DNA from: Nemertoderma westbladi
Lineage: Eukaryota; Animalia; Xenacoelomorpha
Reading direction: 5' to 3'
NCBI GenBank assembly: GCA_032718475.1
Contig: JAUCBJ010009152.1
Location: 8,542 to 72,541, forward strand
DNA length: 64,000 nucleotides
Both the position numbers and the translations under genes were made by a program. Of this stretch, positions 12,753 to 22,823 are shown piece after piece. Every line of letters starts with the position of its first letter. The first letter of the stretch is position 1. Below the pieces are notes generated by a model. That model saw nothing but the letters and a program-made list of their open reading frames with translations. It was not told the origin of the DNA and did no database searches.

Positions 12753-15692
12753 AAGAGAATTTGAAATTTTCGAGTGACTATTTTTAAACATAAATAACTT
12801 CGGTTCTACAGGGCCGTTTAATCTGAAACTTTTTTCATTGGATAGAGGATAGATTGTAGTGTGTGAAATAGGATAAAACTTGGGAAAAGACTTATGTGCA
12901 CTTAGTGCAAAATGCATTTAAATAGTGAACATTTTTTCGATATTTCAAACACTATTATTTCCAGTTCTATTCATCGTAGAATGTTATTTTTTGGATTAAA
13001 ATGTAGTTTGGAATGATTTCTAACTATAATCGTAACATTTGTTTAACTTTTTATGTCTATAAAGTGACTTAAAATGTCCATGAATATGGTCCATAATCGC
13101 AAATCCAGATTTATTAAATTGGATTTCTGACACTTTTAGCGACTGACACTTGATCATACACCATCGTAGATCGGTAGAGGATAAACATAAGTTTGTTAAA
13201 TAAGAGCCACCATTACGATCTGCTAAAGTGCATTTGTACAAATAAGTGTGCAAAAGTGCAAATTTTTTAATAAGGTCAAATTATATAGTATTGGGTTATT
13301 TTCTTTGCAGATACTTTATTTTCATATTAATATATTGTTTGGACCTTACTGAGCGCATTAGGGATAAGTGTACAAATAACCGGCCCTTATGAGTCTTCGA
13401 TTGGGTAAATTAATAAAACATAAGGTTGTATAGTATAATATTCTAAAAACCAGTGTGATATTAAATGCACTTTAAATAATAAATAGAAATCAAATAACAA
13501 TTGGACCACACAATTAAAAACTCGCACAATTTTGTACTTATTATATCGCTTCAAATTAATTCAACAGTGGATATTTGGGGGAAGGGGGAAGTTACAGTGT
13601 GCATTCGGGGGAAGTTTGGTGAACTGCATTTATGCAGTGAATCCAAACTTCCCCCTTTGAGATATCATATACTTAAGACATGCTAGGGTGACGGGGAAAT
13701 ATTTGTTACTGTCACAGTTTGCTTCCATTTATCCTATCCTTTATTATTACCCCAGTCAGATAAGAGATAATAAATCAGTAAAAACTAAACTAAACTGTCT
13801 TTCATGCAAACAAATTTCTAACTAAAGACGGGTGAATGACCATGACCATGGAAATAATTTTAAATATAATTGTATATCAACTATTTGGGGAGGCTTCCAA
13901 GTTAAACCCGAAAACAATTATTTTGTTACATAGTAAATAACGTTGTATGTTCTTCTTCCTCTCATAATAAAATATAAATGAAATATCTCAGATCGCTATG
14001 CCCTGTAACATTTCACAACCAAAATATTTAAGTGTGAAAAGTGTAGGCCTACCACACTCCGCCCAAACAACCGCAAACGCATAGCCAACAAATTTAACAA
14101 AAGGTTACATACATGTTGGGTTCATGACGAGATGAGTGAAAATTGATCGCGTAATATAAAGTAAAAAATTAAGAGACGGGCTGGCTCTCCTCCACTTTCT
14201 TACCCAATGGATATGTTGTTGTAATAATCTAATTTTGGAGCGGCTTTCTCTCGGTGGGATAAATATTTCTCCATTTGACGCAACACCGCCGCGGTCGCTA
14301 TGAGGGAGGTGAATACCGCGGCCGCTCCTAAAGCCGCAGGCCATCGCTAACTATATAGGTTAACTTGGGATTCTGGGGGACTTTTCGATGAAGGAATTGA
14401 CCAATTTTTTTTATTTTCGCACCAGGGGAGCGGCTCGGAATTCTAAGATATTAGCAACTCTAACATTAGCAAATCTATCCCCTCGACGGACACGGCGGAC
14501 AAAAAACCGTCATTTTTTCGACTTTTTTAAAAAATTTTTGAAAGGCGCTCTACAGTGGCTCGAAAAAACCCTAGGTTATTGCTTAGCCGACGCCGGGATA
14601 CGATAGAAGGGATTAATTAGTGAATTCGATTTTTTTTTCAAAAAAGATTACCACGCCTTTTTCCCGAAATTGTCCGTCAAAGTTGAAAAAACGGACAAAA
14701 TGGCTTTGCGGGATCCACTCTAACTCGGCTAATATTAATCGTACGGGGACGAAAGTAACGCGGCTGGAAAGGGGAAGAGTGGTACTACCTTTGTATCGAA
14801 TGGGGGTAAGATATTTATTAATATTTCGGGTGTAAAAAGGGGCCGTAACTTTGTCCGTTTTTTCCATATTTTTTACATAATTAATATTTCCAAAATTTTT
14901 AATTCGACAACGCTAGTAGGAATCTGCCAATTCTTTTTCGGAAAGCGTAGAAGACCACAGGGGCTACATTCCTATCGAATGGGGGTACAAAAAATATGTA
15001 GGCAAAGGGGTCCAAAAAGGGCCAGAAAATAATAAAAAGTTTATAACTATAACAACTTTTTTATTTTAGACTCTAGAAGGTTAAAGTACATTTTATACGG
15101 TTAATATCGATACGGGGAATCCAAATATTCGATTGGTTTTGCCGCGCAAACGATATTAAAAAAATGAGGGCCCAAATTAAAATTTCACGCTTCAAACTCG
15201 CTTCGCGGGAACTCGTCTAGCTCGAAAAATACATAAGGTCTGGGAGACTTATTTAAACAGTCTTATAGAGCGTCAAATTATCTATCTTTCAACGGTAGTT
15301 ACAACGCCATAGCTATTATATAACTGGAGCGGCAGACGATCGTGTGAAATATACTACTTATAAAAAAGGGACGAAAAAATTTTTTTTTAATAAATCGCCA
15401 TTACATTATAATTTAACTTTTTGCGACAAAAGTTCCTGTAAAATGTAGCAAATTAACTCCACTATCTTTTTTCTTAACATTAATAATTAAAATAACGAGT
15501 TTTAAGGGTCGAAAAATATCGTGTAATTTTGGCCCTTTTTTTTCATTTTTTTTGGGGCCAAAAGTACCCCCTCTCAAAAGATAGAAAAAAAAAATTACGG
15601 CAAAGAATATACCAATTTTATTGAATTTGGAGCACCAGAACCGAAGTTAGAGCGAATTTAGTCAAAAATTAAAAATATTTTTAAATTAAGAA

Positions 15693-15766
15693 TGGTCAAT
15701 ATTGGGTTTCGAACCCACGAACTTAGGTATCGTTAACGTGATTGATAACCACTAGACTACGTGACC
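15693..15766 (-). pseudogene. tRNA-like sequence in 3-kb unit
   Basis: Copy of 4448-4521. Confidence 0.6.
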
Positions 15767-18706
15767 AAGAGAATTCGAAATTTTCGAGTGATTATTTTTA
15801 AACATCAATAACTTCTGTTCTACAGGACCGTTTGATCTGAAACTTTTTTCATTGGATAGAGGATAGATTGTAGTGTGTGAAATAGGATACAACTTGGGAA
15901 AAGACGCATGTGCACTTAGTGCATAATGCACTTAAAAAGTACACATTTTTTCGATATTTTAAACACTGTTATTTCCAGTTCTATTCATCGTAGAATGTTA
16001 TTTTTTGGATTAAAATGTAGTTTGGAATGATTTCTAACTATAATCGTAACATTTGTTTAACTTTTTATGTCTATAAAGTGACTTAAAATGTCCATGAATA
16101 TGGTCCATAATCGCAAATCCAGATTTATTAAATTGGATTTCTGACACTTTTAGCGACTGACACTTGATCATACACCATCGTAGATCGGTAGAGGATAAAC
16201 ATAAGTTTGTTAAATAAGAGCCACCATTACGATCTGCTAAAGTGCATTTGTACAAATAAGTGTGCAAAAGTGCAAATTTTTTAATAAGGTCAAATTATAT
16301 AGTATTGGGTTATTTTCTTTGCAGATACTTTATTTTCATATTAATATATTGTTTGGACCTTACTGAGCGCATTAGGGATAAGTGTACAAATAACCGGCCC
16401 TTATGAGTCTTCGATTGGGTAAATTAATAAAACATAAGGTTGTATAGTATAATATTCTAAAAACCAGTGTGATATTAAATGCACTTTAAATAATAAATAG
16501 AAATCAAATAACAATTGGACCACACAATTAAAAACTCGCACAATTTTGTACTTATTATATCGCTTCAAATTAATTCAACAGTGGATATTTGGGGGAAGGG
16601 GGAAGTTACAGTGTGCATTCGGGGGAAGTTTGGTGAACTGCATTTATGCAGTGAATCCAAACTTCCCCCTTTGAGATATCATATACTTAAGACATGCTAG
16701 GGTGACGGGGAAATATTTGTTACTGTCACAGTTTGCTTCCATTTATCCTATCCTTTATTATTACCCCAGTCAGATAAGAGATAATAAATCAGTAAAAACT
16801 AAACTAAACTGTCTTTCATGCAAACAAATTTCTAACTAAAGACGGGTGAATGACCATGACCATGGAAATAATTTTAAATATAATTGTATATCAACTATTT
16901 GGGGAGGCTTCCAAGTTAAACCCGAAAACAATTATTTTGTTACATAGTAAATAACGTTGTATGTTCTTCTTCCTCTCATAATAAAATATAAATGAAATAT
17001 CTCAGATCGCTATGCCCTGTAACATTTCACAACCAAAATATTTAAGTGTGAAAAGTGTAGGCCTACCACACTCCGCCCAAACAACCGCAAACGCATAGCC
17101 AACAAATTTAACAAAAGGTTACATACATGTTGGGTTCATGACGAGATGAGTGAAAATTGATCGCGTAATATAAAGTAAAAAATTAAGAGACGGGCTGGCT
17201 CTCCTCCACTTTCTTACCCAATGGATATGTTGTTGTAATAATCTAATTTTGGAGCGGCTTTCTCTCGGTGGGATAAATATTTCTCCATTTGACGCAACAC
17301 CGCCGCGGTCGCTATGAGGGAGGTGAATACCGCGGCCGCTCCTAAAGCCGCAGGCCATCGCTAACTATATAGGTTAACTTGGGATTCTGGGGGACTTTTC
17401 GATGAAGGAATTGACCAATTTTTTTTATTTTCGCACCAGGGGAGCGGCTCGGAATTCTAAGATATTAGCAACTCTAACATTAGCAAATCTATCCCCTCGA
17501 CGGACACGGCGGACAAAAAACCGTCATTTTTTCGACTTTTTTAAAAAATTTTTGAAAGGCGCTCTACAGTGGCTCGAAAAAACCCTAGGTTATTGCTTAG
17601 CCGACGCCGGGATACGATAGAAGGGATTAATTAGTGAATTCGATTTTTTTTTCAAAAAAGATTACCACGCCTTTTTCCCGAAATTGTCCGTCAAAGTTGA
17701 AAAAACGGACAAAATGGCTTTGCGGGATCCACTCTAACTCGGCTAATATTAATCGTACGGGGACGAAAGTAACGCGGCTGGAAAGGGGAAGAGTGGTACT
17801 ACCTTTGTATCGAATGGGGGTAAGATATTTATTAATATTTCGGGTGTAAAAAGGGGCCGTAACTTTGTCCGTTTTTTCCATATTTTTTACATAATTAATA
17901 TTTCCAAAATTTTTAATTCGACAACGCTAGTAGGAATCTGCCAATTCTTTTTCGGAAAGCGTAGAAGACCACAGGGGCTACATTCCTATCGAATGGGGGT
18001 ACAAAAAATATGTAGGCAAAGGGGTCCAAAAAGGGCCAGAAAATAATAAAAAGTTTATAACTATAACAACTTTTTTATTTTAGACTCTAGAAGGTTAAAG
18101 TACATTTTATACGGTTAATATCGATACGGGGAATCCAAATATTCGATTGGTTTTGCCGCGCAAACGATATTAAAAAAATGAGGGCCCAAATTAAAATTTC
18201 ACGCTTCAAACTCGCTTCGCGGGAACTCGTCTAGCTCGAAAAATACATAAGGTCTGGGAGACTTATTTAAACAGTCTTATAGAGCGTCAAATTATCTATC
18301 TTTCAACGGTAGTTACAACGCCATAGCTATTATATAACTGGAGCGGCAGACGATCGTGTGAAATATACTACTTATAAAAAAGGGACGAAAAAATTTTTTT
18401 TTAATAAATCGCCATTACATTATAATTTAACTTTTTGCGACAAAAGTTCCTGTAAAATGTAGCAAATTAACTCCACTATCTTTTTTCTTAACATTAATAA
18501 TTAAAATAACGAGTTTTAAGGGTCGAAAAATATCGTGTAATTTTGGCCCTTTTTTTTCATTTTTTTTGGGGCCAAAAGTACCCCCTCTCAAAAGATAGAA
18601 AAAAAAAATTACGGCAAAGAATATACCAATTTTATTGAATTTGGAGCACCAGAACCGAAGTTAGAGCGAATTTAGTCAAAAATTAAAAATATTTTTAAAT
18701 TAAGAA

Positions 18707-18780
18707 TGGTCAATATTGGGTTTCGAACCCACGAACTTAGGTATCGTTAACGTGATTGATAACCACTAGACTACGTGACC
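18707..18780 (-). pseudogene. tRNA-like sequence in 3-kb unit
   Basis: Copy of 4448-4521. Confidence 0.6.
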
Positions 18781-20275
18781 AAGAGAATTCGAAATTTTCG
18801 AGTGATTATTTTTAAACATCAATAACTTCTGTTCTACAGGACCGTTTGATCTGAAACTTTTTTCATTGGATAGAGGATAGATTGTAGTGTGTGAAATAGG
18901 ATACAACTTGGGAAAAGACGCATGTGCACTTAGTGCATAATGCACTTAAAAAGTACACATTTTTTCGATATTTTAAACACTGTTATTTCCAGTTCTATTC
19001 ATCGTAGAATGTTATTTTTTGGATTAAAATGTAGTTTGGAGTGATTTCTAACTATAATCGTAACATTTGTTTAACTTTTTATGTCTATAAAGTGACTTAA
19101 AATGTCCATGAATATGGTCCAAAATCGCAAATGTCGCGATTTATTAAATTGGATTTTTTACACTTTTAGTGACTGACACTTGATCATACACCATCGTAGA
19201 TCGGTAGAGGATAAACATAAGTTTGTTAAATAAGAACCACCATTACGATCTGCTAAAGTGCACTTGTACAAATAAATGTGCAAAAGTGCAAATTTTTTAA
19301 TAAGGTCAAATTATATAGCATTGGGTTCTTTTCTTTGCAGATACTTTATTTTCATATTAATATGTTGTTTGGCTCATACTGAGCGCATTAGGGATATGCG
19401 TACAAATAACCGGCCCTTATTAAGGCTTCGATTGGGTTAATAAATAAAACATAAGGTTGTAATATTCTAAAAAACCAGTGTGATATTAAATGCACTTTAA
19501 ACAATAAATAGAGATCAATTAACAAATGGACCACACAATAAAAAACTCGCACAATTTTGTACTTATTATATCGCTTCAAATTAATTCAACAGTGGATATT
19601 TGGGGGAAGGGGGAAGTTACAGTGTGCATTCGGGGGAAGTTTGGTGAACTGCATTTATGCAGTGAATCCAAACTTCCCCCTTTGAGATATCATATACTTA
19701 AGACATGCTAGGGTGACGGGGAAATATTTGTTACTGTCACACTTTGCTTCCATTTATCCTATCCTTTATTATTACCCCAGTCAGATAAGAGATAATAATC
19801 AGTAAAAACCAAACTAAACTGTCTTTCATGCAAACAAATTTCTAACTAAAGACGGGTGAATGACCATGACCATGGAAATAATTTTAAATATAATCGTATA
19901 TCAACTATTTGGGGAGGCTTCCAAACCCAAAAACAATTATTTCGTTACATATAATATAGTAAATAACGTTGTATGTTCTTCTTCCTCTCATAATAAAATG
20001 TATATGAAATATCTCTGATCGCTGTGCCCTGAACATTTCACAACCAAAATGTTTCAGTGTGAAAAGTGTAGGCCTACCACACCCCGCCCAAACAACCGCA
20101 AACGCATAGCCAACAAATTTAACAAAAGGTTACATACATGTTGGGTTCATGACGAGATGAGTGAAAATTGAGCGCGTAATATAAAGTAAAAAATTAAGAG
20201 TCGGGCCTGGCTCTTCTCCACTTTCTTACCCAATGGAAATGTTGTTGTTTTAATCTAATATTGGGGCGGCTTTCT

Positions 20276-20467
20276 CTAGTTCTAACTGCTGTATGATGGA
20301 CTCCATATAGGAGTACTGATTCTAACTACTGTATGATAGACTCCATATAGGAGTACTGGTTCTAACTGCTGTATGATGGACTCCATATAGGAGTACTGAT
20401 TCTAACTGCTGTATGATAGACTCCATATAGGAGTACTGGCTCTAACTTCTGATTGATGGACTCCATA
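20276..20467. repeat. ~4.7 monomers of the 40-bp satellite; ends in the left TSD (TCCATA, 20462-20467)
   Basis: Same 40-bp monomer as the main array. Confidence 0.97.
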
Positions 20468-20806
20468 AGTAGTAGGGTCTTGGGCGGCTCTGTGACAGTT
20501 AGACCTCACTGACACCCATTGGGTGTCATATGACACCCAATTATCACCCCATGGGTGTCATTGGGTGTCATTGGCGCCAGACTGTCTGGGTGACACCTCC
20601 CAATTAGGCTAATTAGACCCTAATTGACAGGTGTCATCAATTAATTAGTACAATTAAACCCTAACAGGTATCATTTAGGGTTTAATTGATTATCCTAATT
20701 AATCAGACTGATTAGCGCCCTGACACACAATGGGTCATCAGTGATGTCTAACTGTCACAGAGCCGGCTCAAGAGGGTGTCATAAGTGACACCGCAGCTCT
20801 TTTATT
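20468..20806 (+). repeat. Left terminal inverted repeat (339-bp core)
   Basis: Reverse complement of 29148-29486 with one visible mismatch (CAGGTATCA vs CAGGTGTCA). Degenerate similarity continues inward. Confidence 0.95.
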
Positions 20807-21233
20807 CATTAATACTTATTTATATTTAATTTTAATTAATTATTTGCATTTTATTTTATATTCGTATTTATTCATTTGTACTTTATTTTATATTAATTAT
20901 TCATTTATACTTTATGGGTATACAGCTCCCTTACTGGTAACTAATTACTCTTATCTATATCCAGACAGCTTTTTCGTTGACCTTTGACCTTTGACCCCTC
21001 AATTAGCTTTAACCAAGCAACAGCATATTAATGATAGTTGTATCCAAGCGCCCCTGCCCCCCACCCCGTGACAGCTCTGATTACTAATTACTCTTACATA
21101 TATCCAACCGCCTGCAGTTCCATAGTCTGCCGCTAGAGGGCGTATTATCTGAAAATTAACATCTTCTCTAACTTTGTTATTTTTCAATTTAACTATTTAT
21201 ATATCCAGGCAGCCCCTATCATAACAACCAGGG

Positions 21234-21285
21234 ACCGGCAGGACACATGGAAACGATTTTATTACTATGAAATACATTGAAATAT
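21234..21285 (-). pseudogene. Short duplicated fragment of the TBP-like gene 3' end
   Basis: CCGGCAGGACACATGGAAACGATTTTATTACTATGAAATACATTGAAATAT closely matches ~22343-22393 and encodes YFNVFHSNKIVSMCPAG. Confidence 0.8.
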
Positions 21286-21774
21286 ATTCTCACATTAACT
21301 CCCAAGGTTGCATACTATCACTATAGCTGGGAGAGTCAAAGCTAGAGTGTATGCTAGAGTTATCCAAGAGCTAGGAAAAAGAATAATGCTCTTCTAGGGT
21401 CCAAACTCACATCCATCCAATTAGAGAACTAAGCAAATGACCAGCTTGAAGGCCTTAGACCCTTAATCTGAGGCATCGAGCAGCCAATGAGAGAGCAGAT
21501 GTGAGTACAGTGGTAAAGCCCACCCATGGTGAGATAACGTCACACTAACTCTCAAGGATAGTTATACTCACCGTTCAAATATCCCTCGCAAACCAGTTTC
21601 CCCCCAACATCTAAAGTAATCCACTTCAATGTAAAATATATAATGCAATATAACTCGAATATTTCTGTTTTTATAATATAAATAATAATTGTAACATAAA
21701 TTTATAATTTAACACAAATATAAGGTGAAAATTCACTTTAACATAGAGTAACTAAACTAAACATAAAATAGGAT

Positions 21775-22230
21775 AAAAACAGATGGTCATACTGTAGGCT
21801 CAATCCCTACTCGTGTCCGTTTTATGAAAAATATAAAAAGTAAACATAGAATAACTAGAGTACCTAAACTAAACACAAAATAGGAAAAACAGAAGGTCAC
21901 GGGCTCAATCCCTACTCGTATCCCGTTTTATGGAAAATAAACAGGAGGTCATAGGTTCAATCCCTACTCGCGACCATTATAAATCCAACACGAAATAAGT
22001 TAAACCAGGGTTCGAATCCTAATCATGAAAATATAAAAAGTAAACATAGAATAACTAGAGTAACTAAACTAGACATAAATTAGGAAAAACAGAAGGTCAG
22101 GGGTTCAATCCCTACTCGCGACCATTATAAAACCAACACAAAATAAGTTAAACCAGGGTTCGAGTCCTACTAATGCAATTATAAAAAGTAGGTAACACGG
22201 ATGGTCACGGATTCAAACCCTACTCACGGA
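21775..22230 (+). repeat. Cluster of seven tRNA T-arm/B-box-like motifs in degenerate direct repeats
   Basis: GTAGGCTCAATCCCTAC, GGGCTCAATCCC, ATAGGTTCAATCCCTACTCGCGACCA, GGGTTCGAATCCT, GGGGTTCAATCCCTACTCGCGACCA, GGGTTCGAGTCCT and GGATTCAAACCC, compared with the B-box consensus GGTTCRANTCC. Confidence 0.7.
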
Positions 22231-22293
22231 AAAATAAAAACCAACACAAAATAAATAATATAGTAAACTTTCATGTATACCATAGTAAATAAT

Positions 22294-22809
22294 CTAATTT
22301 AATAATAAAGTTTGTAAAATAGATAATGATTCGGGGAATTCACCGGCTGGACACATGGAAACGATTTTATTACTATGAAATACACTGAAATATGCACGTC
22401 CTATATATATTCTAATCGCGCAAAATAATTCGGGGGTATAGCTAATAAATATTGCTTTATTATTAATTGTATGATGTCCACATTTTTTCATTAATAATTT
22501 AAAATTAACACTTGGAAAAATAATAGTTTGTGTTTCGGTATTAAGTTTCAAATTTTGTAATTGCATACCAATAGTTTGTTTTAAATAAAGCAATTCACTA
22601 GCTAAATTATTGCAAAGGCCTACAATTGTTACTGCGCCGCTGGGAAATAGCATTATAGTTGAATCGTCACCTTTGTAGATAAACATGTTTGGTTTTAAGC
22701 AACTTTGACCTGTAGTTTGCTGTGAAATTTTCTCTAGTTCAAATTTGGCAATGTTTTTTCCGGTAAACTGTTTATTGGTTATTTCTATTTTGTAGCTCAA
22801 TTTCTTATT
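22294..22809 (-). CDS. Divergent TATA-binding protein (TBP)-like protein; no ATG at the 5' end, probably a spliced 3' exon
   Basis: ~170 aa with two TBP-like repeats. STIMLFPSGAVTIVG resembles TBP TTALIFSSGKMVCTG, and SYTPELFCAIRIY...FSVFHSNKIV resembles SYEPELFPGLIYR...LLIFVSGKVV. The ORF-track start is a TTG, preceded by the acceptor-like TTTAATTTTTCTAG (AG at 22811-22810). Confidence 0.72.
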   Translation of the reverse strand, partial: NKKLSYKIEITNKQFTGKNIAKFELEKISQQTTGQSCLKPNMFIYKGDDSTIMLFPSGAVTIVGLCNNLASELLYLKQTIGMQLQNLKLNTETQTIIFPSVNFKLLMKKCGHHTINNKAIFISYTPELFCAIRIYIGRAYFSVFHSNKIVSMCPAGEFPESLSILQTLLLN

Positions 22810-22823
22810 CTAGAAAAATTAAA

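Larger units (their letters stand above)
11232..20275. mobile_element. Array 2: three head-to-tail ~3014-bp units inserted in the satellite and flanked by CTAG direct repeats
   Basis: Left junction GAGTA-CTAG(11228-11231)-GTGGGATAAA; right junction GCGGCTTTCT-CTAG(20276-20279)-TTCTAAC; internal junctions CTCG at 14250-14253 and 17264-17267. Removing the array and one CTAG restores the satellite variant GAGTACTAGTTCTAAC. No TIRs and no coding capacity; family not identified. Confidence 0.8.

Noticed and set aside
351-19711. Recurring 60-90-aa ORFs in the 3-kb units
   Set aside because: They have no recognisable motifs, many start at non-ATG codons, and several are broken in variant units. Their recurrence only reflects the DNA repeat.
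1-20275. rDNA, 5S or histone tandem cluster
   Set aside because: No rRNA, 5S or histone sequence was recognised; there is only a degenerate tRNA-like stretch.
11232-20279. Firm call as a canonical Helitron
   Set aside because: The 3' CTAG fits, but there is no 5' TC, no A^T target and no clear subterminal hairpin, and CTAG occurs on both flanks.
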